The notes beneath the pieces are model-generated. The model did no database searches, had not been told where the DNA came from, and worked only from the letters and a program-made list of their open reading frames with translations. From Gammaproteobacteria bacterium (GTDB lineage: Bacteria > Pseudomonadota > Gammaproteobacteria > Steroidobacterales > Steroidobacteraceae): DNA of 64,000 bases. This document shows, one piece after another, positions 37,242-47,000 of this stretch. Every line of letters starts with the position of its first letter. Position 1 is the first letter of the stretch. Where the stretch lies: assembly GCA_012026925.1 (NCBI GenBank), contig VEPJ01000073.1, positions 6,340 through 70,339 of the forward strand. Reading direction: 5' to 3'. Made by a program: the position numbers and the translations under genes.

Positions 37242-39152
37242 TCAGCGGTCGAGCAGCGCGACGACGTTGTCGAAGCTGCGGGCGCGGGCGGCGTCGCTGG
37301 CGGCCACGCCATCCCGATTGCGCAGCTTGCGGCTGGCGCCCGCGTCGAGCAGCGCCTGCACGGTCTCCAGGTTGCCTGATTGGCTTGCAAGGATCAGCGC
37401 CGTGTCACCCAGGCGGTTCTGCCCATTCGCGTCGGCCCCTGCGGAGAGCAACCGGCGAACCGTACTGGCATGACCGCCCATCGCCGCAAGCGTGAGTGGC
37501 GTATCGCCGGAACGCGTCTTCGACGCAACGCTGGCGCCCCCGCGAACGAGCCGGTCCACCACAGCCGTGTGACCACGCGCGGCAGCGCAACCGAGCGGGG
37601 TCAAACCGTTCGAGTCCGCCGCGTCGATGGTCGCCCCCGCCTTGAGGAGCAGCGGAACGGTCGCCGCTGCGTCCGCGCAGGCGGCGTACCAGAGCGGCGT
37701 GCGTCCCGACGCGTCCGCCGCCGAGACCGTGGCCCGGGCGTCGATGAGCCGCGCTGCGATCTCGGCCTGGTCGCGCGCCGATGCGATTGAGAGCGCCGCT
37801 GCGCCAATCGAACTGTGCGCGTTCGGATCGGCGCCGGCCGCCAGCAGTAGCGACGCTGAACGAGCGTCACCGTTGTCGACAGCGATGAACAGGGGCGGTT
37901 CCGACGAGTTCGCGTGCGCGTTCGGATCCGCGCCGTGCTTGAGAAGAACCTCGAGCGCCGACGCGTGTCCGAGCTGCACGGCATACTGCAGAGCGGTCGC
38001 GCCCCGGGCATCGGTCTTCGCGACGCTGGCCCCTGCGCCTAGAAGCGCCGCAATCGACTGGCTCGAATCCGACGCGACGGCCACCATGAGGGCCGTCTGC
38101 CCGTCCGGCGCGGCCGCGTTCGGATCGCCGCCCTGGGCGAGCAGGTCGCGCAGGCGCGCCGGATCCTTCCGGGTTGCGGCGACTACCACGTCCGGCCAGC
38201 CCGCGTATGCGTCGGTCGCAGAACGAGGCAGCCGGTCCAGGGGTCCCGCAGCGCCCGTCGAAACCGGCGCCCGCACCGGCGCCGATCCCGCGGCGCGCAG
38301 ATCCTTCGACTGCTGTGCCCGACCGCTGCGGGCAGCGTACGCGAGCGCGGTGTTGCCACCACGATCCGTCGCCGTCACGCTCGCCTTCGCCTGCAGGAGT
38401 CGCGTGCAGGCATCGGGCGACTCGGCGGCGCACGCGAGCATCAATGGCGTCACGCCGTATCGATCCACCGCATCGACCTTCGCTCCGCGGGCAATCAGCA
38501 ACGCGACTGCCTCGTCCTCGCCGCCGTCGGCGGCGTGATGCAGGGCCGTGCGGCCGAAGTCGTCGGCGGAATTCACGCGCTCGGGCGTGGCAAGTGCCTC
38601 GAGCAGCGCCAGGTCACCGCGTCGCGCTGCCCTCCAGAATTCGGCCCGGCGCAACGATTCATCGGCCAGGCCGTCCTGCGGCCGGACTTCGAGAGGCAGG
38701 ACGCCCCGCTGGAGCAGGTCGCGCGCCGCCGGATCGCCGAGGGCCGCCGCTCTCTCGAGCCAGTGCCTGGCGCTGGCCGGATCACGTGGATCGCGCGTGG
38801 CGAACATGGCGGCCAGCGCGTAGGCCGCCCTCGCCTGCCCCTGGCCCGCGGCAGCCTCGAAAAGCTTCTGCGGCTGCCCCGGTTCGGACGCGGGCAAGAG
38901 ATCCGCGAGCAGCATCGAGCCCAGCAGGTACTTCGCCTCCGCGTCGTCACGCGCCGCCTGCTCGGACAGCAATCGCGCGGCGAGCTGGTAGTCCTTGACC
39001 CGGATCGCGGCCTTGGCGGGCTCGAGCGCGTCGGCCGAACGGGTCGGTTGCGCCGCCGGGGCGCTCGCACCGACCGCCCCCGCACACGAGCAGAGCAACA
39101 TCGTCACGAAGGTCGCAGCCGGCCGGACCGCGCGCCGCTCATGCCGTCCCAT
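37242..39152 (-). CDS. exported Sel1/TPR-like plus ankyrin-repeat protein
   Basis: Cys-containing signal region (FVTMLLCSCAGA). Sel1-like units (AEAKYLLGSM..., ARAAYALAAMF...), then about 11 ankyrin-type repeats (G.TALH.AA..G....V..LL..GA..). The start could be 39152 or 39101. Confidence 0.8.
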   Translation of the reverse strand: MGRHERRAVRPAATFVTMLLCSCAGAVGASAPAAQPTRSADALEPAKAAIRVKDYQLAARLLSEQAARDDAEAKYLLGSMLLADLLPASEPGQPQKLFEAAAGQGQARAAYALAAMFATRDPRDPASARHWLERAAALGDPAARDLLQRGVLPLEVRPQDGLADESLRRAEFWRAARRGDLALLEALATPERVNSADDFGRTALHHAADGGEDEAVALLIARGAKVDAVDRYGVTPLMLACAAESPDACTRLLQAKASVTATDRGGNTALAYAARSGRAQQSKDLRAAGSAPVRAPVSTGAAGPLDRLPRSATDAYAGWPDVVVAATRKDPARLRDLLAQGGDPNAAAPDGQTALMVAVASDSSQSIAALLGAGASVAKTDARGATALQYAVQLGHASALEVLLKHGADPNAHANSSEPPLFIAVDNGDARSASLLLAAGADPNAHSSIGAAALSIASARDQAEIAARLIDARATVSAADASGRTPLWYAACADAAATVPLLLKAGATIDAADSNGLTPLGCAAARGHTAVVDRLVRGGASVASKTRSGDTPLTLAAMGGHASTVRRLLSAGADANGQNRLGDTALILASQSGNLETVQALLDAGASRKLRNRDGVAASDAARARSFDNVVALLDR

Positions 39153-40446
39153 ACTTGGTCTCCACGTCGACGCCGATGCTGCGGAGGAAGTCCGCAGGGA
39201 GGATGCCGCCCGCACTGACGATGACCGCGTCGTTCGGGAGTTCGCGCTCCAACTCACCGCGGGCGACGAGCACGCTGTCCCGTTCGATGCGCTTCACTTC
39301 CGACCCGAACAGCACCTCGATGCGGCCGGACTGCATCGCGGCCATCGTGCGCTCGCGGTTGCGCGGCTTCGCCCGCGCGAAAGCCTCGCCACGATAGGAA
39401 AGCGTCACGGTCCGCGCGCCGGATTCAGCGATGCTGAGCGCCGCTTCGAGTGCGCTGTCGCCACCGCCCACGACGAGTACGTCCTGCCCGGCGTACTGCT
39501 CGGGATCAATGAGGCGGTAGACGACCTTGGGGAGTTCCTCGCCCGCCACACCGAGCTTGCGGGGCGTGCCGCGCCGGCCGATGGCGAGCAGCACGCTCGA
39601 CGTCCGGTACTCGGCCTTCGTCGTGCGTACCACGAAGCCGCTGCCCTGTCGCTGGATCGCCTCGACCCGTTCCCGGTAGCGGATCTGCAGTCCGGCCTTG
39701 CTCTCGATGTCCTGCCAGAAACCGAGCAGCGCCTCCTTCGAGGTCTGGCCGAAACGCATCTTGCCTGCGAGCGGCAGCGTGACGGGCGAAGTCATGACCA
39801 GCTTGGCGCGCGGGTACTGGAAGACGCTGCCACCGAGGGATTCCTGCTCGATCGTGGCGAACTTCATGCCGTGCGCCATCGCGGTCAGCGAGGCCGCGAG
39901 TCCCGCCGGACCCGCGCCGACGATCACGAGATCGAGTGCGTCGCCGCCGCGCGACCGACGCCCGTGAATCGCATCCACCGCCTGCTTGCCCTGCGCGAGC
40001 GCGTTGCGGATGAGGCCCATGCCGCCGAGCTCGCCGGCGATGTAGATCCCCGGCACCGACGTCTCGAAGTCGGGGCTCAGCAGCGGGATGTCCACCCCGC
40101 GCTTCGCCGAGCCGAACACGAGCGAGATCGCGTCGGCCGGGCACGCGGTGCGGCACGCTCCGTGGCCGATGCAGTCGGACGGGCTCACGAGCTGCGCCTT
40201 GTTGCCTATGAGCCCGAGCACGTGGTGCTCCGGCTGCTCCGGGCAGGCCTTCACGCACGACCCGCAGCCGATGCACTTCAGCGCGTCGATCACGGGATGG
40301 AGCGACACCGGCTCGGCGAGGCCCGCCGCAACGGCCCGGTCCCGCACGGCGACGTGCGTGCGCTCGGCCCGCTGGCGTCGGCCGAGGTACCAACCCCAGA
40401 TGACGGCCAGCGGTGCGCCGTACACCAGCAGGAACGCGTAGCTCAT
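39139..40446 (-). CDS. membrane-anchored 2x[4Fe-4S] ferredoxin-domain / FAD-NAD(P)-binding oxidoreductase
   Basis: N-terminal TM (AFLLVYGAPLAVIWGWYL). CIGCGSCVKACP and CIGHGACRTACP cluster motifs. Two dinucleotide-binding motifs (VIVGAGPAGLAAS and VLVVGGGDSALEAA), giving a thioredoxin-reductase-like layout. Confidence 0.8.
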   Translation of the reverse strand: MSYAFLLVYGAPLAVIWGWYLGRRQRAERTHVAVRDRAVAAGLAEPVSLHPVIDALKCIGCGSCVKACPEQPEHHVLGLIGNKAQLVSPSDCIGHGACRTACPADAISLVFGSAKRGVDIPLLSPDFETSVPGIYIAGELGGMGLIRNALAQGKQAVDAIHGRRSRGGDALDLVIVGAGPAGLAASLTAMAHGMKFATIEQESLGGSVFQYPRAKLVMTSPVTLPLAGKMRFGQTSKEALLGFWQDIESKAGLQIRYRERVEAIQRQGSGFVVRTTKAEYRTSSVLLAIGRRGTPRKLGVAGEELPKVVYRLIDPEQYAGQDVLVVGGGDSALEAALSIAESGARTVTLSYRGEAFARAKPRNRERTMAAMQSGRIEVLFGSEVKRIERDSVLVARGELERELPNDAVIVSAGGILPADFLRSIGVDVETKYGTA

Positions 40447-40633
40447 GGGGCGAGGACTCTAGCCGAGAGCCCCGCGACCGAGCAGCAGGAAACGACGCCA
40501 AATGAGAATTGCTGCTCACCAACGCGGTCACCGTTCACAGATTTGACAATTCGCGGCCTCGCCGCGGTGCATCGACGTCGCCCGCAACGTAGCCTCGGTA
40601 CCGCAAGAGCAATAACGGATCGGGAGAATCACC
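40447..40633. promoter_or_regulatory. divergent control region between the oxidoreductase operon and the multihaem operon
   Basis: The most AT-rich stretch in the neighbourhood. Consensus TTGACA hexamer at 40543-40548 (plus strand) and AAATGAGAATTGC at about 40499-40512, which resembles half of a Fur box. No convincing -10 element was seen. Confidence 0.3.
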
Positions 40634-41467
40634 ATGTCGACGGGTGCCATTGCGTCGAGCACGCGGAGCGGGTTCATACTCGGGCTGTCGGCCGGGGTCG
40701 TCCTCGCGTCGGCATTCTTCCTGCTCCGCGGCGAGTTGGCTGAACCCGCCCAGGCCGGCGCGAGCATCAGCGCCCAGACCGCGCCGACGACATCCGCCGG
40801 TTCGCACCCCATGGCGCCAGGCGGTGACAAGGCGGGCTCCATGGAAGCCGCGACCCTCGCCCTGAAGGCCCGTCTCGCTGCGAATGGCGGGCCCGACGAC
40901 CAGTGGGAACTGCTCGCGCAGTCCTACGACTTCCTCGGTCGCAGCGACGAAGCGAAGCTCGCCCGCCAGCACAAGGTCGCGGCGGGCAGTGATCTCCGCG
41001 ACACGATCGCGGTCAGCGCGATGATGCTGTCTGCAAGCCGCGGCACCGGCAGCGCAGCCTCGGCAGGTTCCGCGCCTGCGCCGTCGAACGACGCGGCTGC
41101 CCGGATCGCCAGCGCCGAACAGCATCGTCGCAACCGCGAGTTCAAGGAAGCGTGCGCCGACTATGCCGCCGTCGTGCGCCTGGGCGCCATGACCGCCGAC
41201 ACCTGGGCCGACTATGCCGACGCGCAGGCGTCCCTCGCCGGCCGTCTCGCCGGCGAGCCGGAGCAGGCCATTGCCAAGGCGCTCGCGCTCGACCCGCGGC
41301 ATACGAAGGCCCTGTGGCTGAAGGCGAGCCTCGCACACGAGCAGCACCGCTACACGGAAGCCCTCGCGACGTGGCGGCAACTGCTGGCGCTGGTGCCCGC
41401 GGGCTCCTCGGACGCCCGGATCGTCGAGGCGAACATCGCCGAAGCGACGCGGCTCGCGAAGAGCTGA
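40634..41467 (+). CDS. membrane-anchored TPR protein resembling the C-terminal (apocytochrome-binding) part of CcmI/CycH/NrfG
   Basis: One N-terminal TM (GFILGLSAGVVLASAFFLL). The segment LKARLAANGGPDDQWELLAQSYDFLGRSDEA and later TPR units (...DPRHTKALWLKASLAHEQHRYTEALATWRQLL). Confidence 0.55.
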   Translation: MSTGAIASSTRSGFILGLSAGVVLASAFFLLRGELAEPAQAGASISAQTAPTTSAGSHPMAPGGDKAGSMEAATLALKARLAANGGPDDQWELLAQSYDFLGRSDEAKLARQHKVAAGSDLRDTIAVSAMMLSASRGTGSAASAGSAPAPSNDAAARIASAEQHRRNREFKEACADYAAVVRLGAMTADTWADYADAQASLAGRLAGEPEQAIAKALALDPRHTKALWLKASLAHEQHRYTEALATWRQLLALVPAGSSDARIVEANIAEATRLAKS

Positions 41468-41476
41468 GGCGCATCC

Positions 41477-42457
41477 ATGTCGGCACGACTGCAGCGGCAG
41501 GAACTTCCTGCACTGGATGCGGCTGGCGCGGCCGCCGGTCCGGGCATCACGCCACGGCGTCCACGCCTCGAAGTCACTCGCACGTCGCCGCGCAACGTGG
41601 CGCAGAGGGCCCCCGTGGAGCCTCGGCGGCTGCGGCTCGACCCGACGTGGCTGTTCGTACTCGCGACGGTGGCCCTGCTCGCCTGGGGCTACCGATTTCC
41701 AACCGAGCGGTACATCACGCCGCAGACCGGCATCGGCTACGCGCTCGGGATCATCGGCGGCTCCTCGATGCTGCTGCTGCTCGTCTATCCGTTGCGCAAG
41801 CGCGTGCGCGCACTTTCGTTCATCGGCACGACCAGGCGCTGGTTCCAGGCGCACATGGTGCTCGGCATCGTCGGCCCGGTCCTCGTGCTATTCCACTCGA
41901 ATTTCAGCCTCGGCGCGACGAACAGCAACGTCGCGCTCGCCTGCATGCTCGTCGTGTCGGGCAGCGGCCTCTTCGGCCGTTACTTCTACGCGCGCATCCA
42001 CCACGGGCTGCACGGTCGTCGCGCGAGCCTGGCGGAACTGCAGGACTATGCCGAGAAGCTCCGCTGGGTGACGACCAACGTCGAGTTCCTGCCGGACCTC
42101 GTCGCGCGGATCGAAGCCGAGGAGCGCGGCATCGTCCGTCGCAGCGAGCGCCTGCCCCTGCTTGCCCGGCCGCCGGTCTGCGCCCTCGGCACCATGCTCG
42201 CGCGGCGCCGCCTGCGCCGATACGTGGTCCAGTCGCTGCAGGGCGCCGCCGGCGGGAGCGACGACCGGGGCCGCCGGTCGAGCCTGGTCGAAACGGCCGC
42301 CCGCTACATCGACGACCGGCTGTCCGCCACCCGCCGGGTGATCGAGTTCGCGGCGTTCGAGCGCCTGTTCTCGCTCTGGCACGCGCTGCACCTGCCGTTG
42401 TTCCTGATGCTGCTGATCGCCGGCGTCGTGCACGTCGTCGCGGTCCACGTGTACTGA
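41477..42457 (+). CDS. polytopic membrane protein with two H-x13-H pairs (ferric-reductase-domain-like dihaem b candidate)
   Basis: Starts 9 nt after the TPR gene. About 5 TM segments. QAH-MVLGIVGPVLVLF-H and ALH-LPLFLMLLIAGVV-H each have exactly 13 residues between the His, both within hydrophobic helices. Confidence 0.55.
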   Translation: MSARLQRQELPALDAAGAAAGPGITPRRPRLEVTRTSPRNVAQRAPVEPRRLRLDPTWLFVLATVALLAWGYRFPTERYITPQTGIGYALGIIGGSSMLLLLVYPLRKRVRALSFIGTTRRWFQAHMVLGIVGPVLVLFHSNFSLGATNSNVALACMLVVSGSGLFGRYFYARIHHGLHGRRASLAELQDYAEKLRWVTTNVEFLPDLVARIEAEERGIVRRSERLPLLARPPVCALGTMLARRRLRRYVVQSLQGAAGGSDDRGRRSSLVETAARYIDDRLSATRRVIEFAAFERLFSLWHALHLPLFLMLLIAGVVHVVAVHVY

Positions 42458-42474
42458 GCGGTGTCGGGACCCGA

Positions 42475-44037
42475 ATGCGACATGTGCGCCCTGTCCTCGG
42501 CCTGGTGGTCCTGATGCTGGCGAGCGCATCACCCCGATCCGCGCCGGCCGCCGGCCTCGAGACCCTCATCATGCCGGGCAAGGTCACGAGCGCGCACGCC
42601 AAGGTCGAGCAGGACTGCTCGCAGTGTCACGATCGCGCGGATCGCAGCCGGCAGGCGGCGCTCTGCATGAACTGCCACAAGGACGTCGCCGCGGATGTGC
42701 GCGCGCATGCCGGCTTCCACGGGCGCCTGCCGTCCATCGACACGGCGCAGTGCAAGGCATGTCATTCCGAGCACCTCGGGCGCGATGCGGACATCGTCAA
42801 GCTGAGCACGCCCGGGTTCGATCACTCGAAGACCGACTTCGCCCTCTCGGGCGCGCACTCGTCGGCCGACTGCGCCGCCTGCCACAAGCCCGGCCGCAAG
42901 TACCGCGAGGCACCGTCGGGCTGTTCCGACTGCCACCGTTCCGACGACCCGCACGGCGGGAAGCTCGGTGCGAACTGCGGCACGTGCCACGAACCGTCGG
43001 CATGGAATCGCGTTCGCTTCGATCACGACAAGACGCGCTTCGTCCTGCGCGACGCGCACCGGGACGTCTCCTGCACCGCATGCCACCCCGGCAACCAATA
43101 CGCCGGCACGCCATCGGCCTGCGCCTCGTGCCATGCGCCGGATGACGTGCACCGCGGCACGCGCGGCCAGGACTGTGCGAGCTGTCATACGACCGTCGCG
43201 TGGAAGACCTCGAAATTCGACCACGCGAAGGAAGCGCACTTCCCGCTGGCCGGCGCGCACGCGCAGCTCGACTGCAAGGGCTGCCATACGACCGCGAGCC
43301 TGAAGGATCCCCTGCCGAAGGACTGCATCGGCTGCCACCGCCCGGACGACGCTCACGCGACACGCTTCGGCACCGCCTGCGAGAAGTGCCACGGGACCTC
43401 GGCCTGGAAGCCGTCGACGTTCAGCCACACACGCGACGGCCGGTTCGAGCTCGTCGGCGGTCACGCGAAACTCGGCTGCACGGCGTGCCACACCGCGGTC
43501 GTGGCGCAGCAGAAGCTCGGCACGGACTGCGCCTCGTGCCATCGCACGACCGACGCTCATGCCGGCAAACTCGGCACGGATTGCGCCCGCTGCCACGGCG
43601 TCGAGTCCTGGCGTGCGGGCGTCACGTTCGATCACGACCTCGCGTCCTACCCGCTGGTCGGGCTCCACGTCGCGGTCCCCTGCCACGCATGCCACGCGAC
43701 GCCGGCGTTCAAGGGCGCTGCGCGCGACTGCAACGGCTGCCACCAGCGCGACGACCGGCACCAGGGCGCGCTCGGCAAGGACTGCGAAGCCTGTCATTCG
43801 CCGAACGGCTGGGCGCTCTGGCAGTTCGACCACGGCAAGGTGACGAAATTCGAGCTCACAGGCGCGCACGCGAGTGTCGCGTGCTCGGGCTGCCACAAGG
43901 AGCCTCCCGAGAAGGCGAAGCTCGACGGCGACTGCGCGTCGTGCCACTCGCGGGATGACGTGCATCTCGGCCAGTTCGGCCGCCAGTGCCAGCGCTGCCA
44001 CGGGACGTCCACGTTCAAGGGCGCGCGCCTGCAATAG
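42475..44037 (+). CDS. periplasmic multihaem c-type cytochrome with 21 CxxCH motifs (seven c7/c3-like trihaem modules)
   Basis: ATG at 42475, signal peptide MRHVRPVLGLVVLMLASA. I counted 21 CxxCH motifs in 520 aa. They are arranged as a repeated ~66-70-aa unit of the form FDH...F.L.GAH....C..CH ... C..CH..DD.H.G..G..C..CH. Confidence 0.9.
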   Translation: MRHVRPVLGLVVLMLASASPRSAPAAGLETLIMPGKVTSAHAKVEQDCSQCHDRADRSRQAALCMNCHKDVAADVRAHAGFHGRLPSIDTAQCKACHSEHLGRDADIVKLSTPGFDHSKTDFALSGAHSSADCAACHKPGRKYREAPSGCSDCHRSDDPHGGKLGANCGTCHEPSAWNRVRFDHDKTRFVLRDAHRDVSCTACHPGNQYAGTPSACASCHAPDDVHRGTRGQDCASCHTTVAWKTSKFDHAKEAHFPLAGAHAQLDCKGCHTTASLKDPLPKDCIGCHRPDDAHATRFGTACEKCHGTSAWKPSTFSHTRDGRFELVGGHAKLGCTACHTAVVAQQKLGTDCASCHRTTDAHAGKLGTDCARCHGVESWRAGVTFDHDLASYPLVGLHVAVPCHACHATPAFKGAARDCNGCHQRDDRHQGALGKDCEACHSPNGWALWQFDHGKVTKFELTGAHASVACSGCHKEPPEKAKLDGDCASCHSRDDVHLGQFGRQCQRCHGTSTFKGARLQ

Positions 44038-44048
44038 GAGGCCCGGAC

Positions 44049-47000
44049 ATGAGCAAGCTCCAACGGCTCGTCGTTCTATGCCTGCTGGCGATTGCGGGGC
44101 ACGGCGCTCTTGCACAAGGTGCAGGATCCAGCTTCGATCACGTCACGACCGGCTACGAGCTCACCGGGGCGCACCGTCTGCAGGCCTGCGAGTCGTGCCA
44201 CGTCGACGCCGTGTTCCAGGGCACGCCGCGTGCGTGCGCGGCCTGCCATTCGCAGGGTTCGCGCATCGGGGCCACGCCGAAGAACTCCGGCCACATCCGC
44301 AGCACCGAGCAGTGCGACGCGTGCCACACCACCTCGGCGTGGTCCCCGGCGACGCGCTTCGACCACGAGCAGACCCAGGGCACGTGCTCGTCCTGCCACA
44401 ACAACGCGCAGGTCTCCGGCAAGCCGGCCGGCCACATCGCGACGACCATGGAGTGCAGCGCGTGCCACGGCACCGCGGCCTGGAGCCCGTCGAAGTTCGA
44501 CCACGGCAGCGTTTCGGGCGATTGCGCCTCGTGCCACACGCCGGGCGGCACCGCCACGGCCAAGGGTCCTTCGCACCTGCAGACCAGCAACGCGTGCGAT
44601 GCCTGCCACACCGTCGGCGCCTGGGCGCCCACGGCGCGCGTCGACCACACGCAGGTGAGCGGCGCCTGCGCCTCGTGCCACGACGGCACGCATGCGAAGG
44701 GCAGGAGCACGACGCACATTCCGAGCGCGGACGGTTGCGAGTCGTGCCACTCGACCTCGGCCTGGCGCCCGGCGCGCTTCGACCACGCGGGCGTCACGGA
44801 GCGTTGCGTCACCTGTCACGACGGGACCAAGGCGACCGGCGTCGGCGCGAAGCACATCAAGGCCACGACGTCCTGCGACGCGTGCCACGCGACCGTCGCG
44901 TGGAAACCGGTGACCCGCGTGGACCACGCCAATGTGCTCGGCAGCTGCTCGTCCTGCCACAACGGCACGCTCGCCACCGGCCAGAGCGCAAACCACATCG
45001 TGACCCGCGCCGAGTGCGACAGCTGTCACTCGAGCACGGCCTGGAAGCCGGCGAAGTTCGATCACTCGGGGTACGTGAACAATTGCGCGAGCTGCCACGA
45101 CGGCACGCGCGCCAAGGGGAAGAACCCGACCCACCTGCGGACGACCGAATCGTGCGAGTCCTGCCACGTCATCGCCGGCTGGAAGCCTGTCTCCGCGGTC
45201 GATCACACGCAGGTGCTCGGGACCTGCTCTTCCTGCCACGACGGCACTGCTGCGACTGGCAAGTCCGCGAACCACATCCCCACCGACGGCGCGTGCAGCA
45301 ACTGCCACACCACGAATGCCTGGAAGCCCGCCAAGTTCAGCCACGACGGCGTGACGGCGACCTGCATCACCTGCCATGACGGCACTCGCGCGACCGGGAA
45401 GAGCACGACCCACATCCAGTCGAGCAACGGCTGCCAGGCCTGTCATTCGACGTTCAGCTGGCGCCCGGTCACGCGCGTCGACCATGCGCAGGTCACCGGC
45501 AGCTGCTATTCCTGCCACAACGGGACCACGGCGAGCGGCAAGCACTCCGCGCACCTGACGACCAGCAACGACTGCGCCGCGTGTCACGCGACCCAGGCGT
45601 GGAAGCCTGCCACGCGCGTCGATCACGCCAGCGTGCTCGGCACCTGCGGCAGCTGCCACGACGGGAAGATCGCCACCGGCAAGACGGCGAACCACATCGT
45701 GACCCGCGCCGAGTGCGGGGACTGCCACGCGACGTCGGCCTGGAAGCCGGCGCGGTTCGACCACTCCTCGATCACCGAGGCCTGCTCCGTGTGCCACGAC
45801 GGCGTCAAGGCCACGGGCAAGACCACGAGCCACATACCGACGACGGCCGAGTGCGGAACGTGCCACGCGACTGCGGCGTGGAAGCCAGCGCGGTTCTCGC
45901 ATGACGGCATCACCGCCGCCTGCATCACTTGCCACGACGGCGTCAAGCAGACGGGCAAGAGCACCACCCACATCCAGTCGACCGACGGCTGCCAGGCCTG
46001 TCACTCGACGACCGGCTGGCGCCCGGTCGTGAAGGTGGATCACGCGCAGGTGTCGGGCAGCTGCTACTCCTGCCACAACGGCACCTCTGCAACGGGCAAG
46101 AACGCGTCGCACATCCAGTCCACGAACAACTGCGCGGCTTGCCACGCGACGACGGCGTGGAAGCCCGCGACCTCGGTGGATCACGGCGAAGTGACCGGCA
46201 GCTGTTTCTCCTGTCACAACGGGACCTCAGCCAAAGGCAAGCCCGTCAATCACATCGTGAGCAGCGACGACTGCGCCGCCTGCCACACGCCGTCGGCCTG
46301 GAAGCCGGCGAAGTGGGACCACACGGGCATCGTGGACAAGTGCTCCAGCTGCCACGACGGCGTGAAGGCGACGGGCAAGACGGCGACACATCTTGCGACG
46401 ACCGCGACCTGCGAAGCGTGCCACTCGGTCTCGGGCTGGAGGCCCGCGACCCGCGTCGACCACGCGCAGGTGATCGGTACTTGCAGCTCCTGCCACGACG
46501 GCGCGAAGGCGCCCGGCAAGGGCCCGAACCACATCCCGACGACGTCGGAGTGCGGCAGCTGCCACACGACGCTTGCATGGAAGCCGGCGAACTTCACCCA
46601 CGCCGGCATCACGTCGGGGTGTGCCACCTGCCACGACGGCATCAAGGCGACCGGCAAGTCGGCCACGCACCTCTTCACGAGCGCTGCGTGCGAGGCCTGC
46701 CACTCGACGAGCGCGTGGAAACCCGCGACCCGCGTGGATCACGCGCAGGTGCTCGGCACCTGCTCGAGCTGCCACAACGGCGCGAAGGCCACCGGGAAGC
46801 CCGTCAATCACATCGTCACCAACGCCGAGTGCGGCAGCTGCCACGGCACGACCGCATGGAAACCCGCGACCGGCTTCGACCACTCGGGCGTCACGGGCAA
46901 CTGCTACAGCTGCCACGACGGCGTCAAGGCCACGGGCAAGGGTGCGACACACATCACGACCGACACCAGCTGCGAGAGCTGCCACGCGACGAGCGCCTGG

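Noticed and set aside
41152-42474. N-terminal 441-aa extension of the 961-aa ORF that contains the 21-haem protein
   Set aside because: The extension overlaps the TPR and H-x13-H genes in another frame and is Arg/Pro-rich. A proper signal peptide begins at the ATG at 42475.
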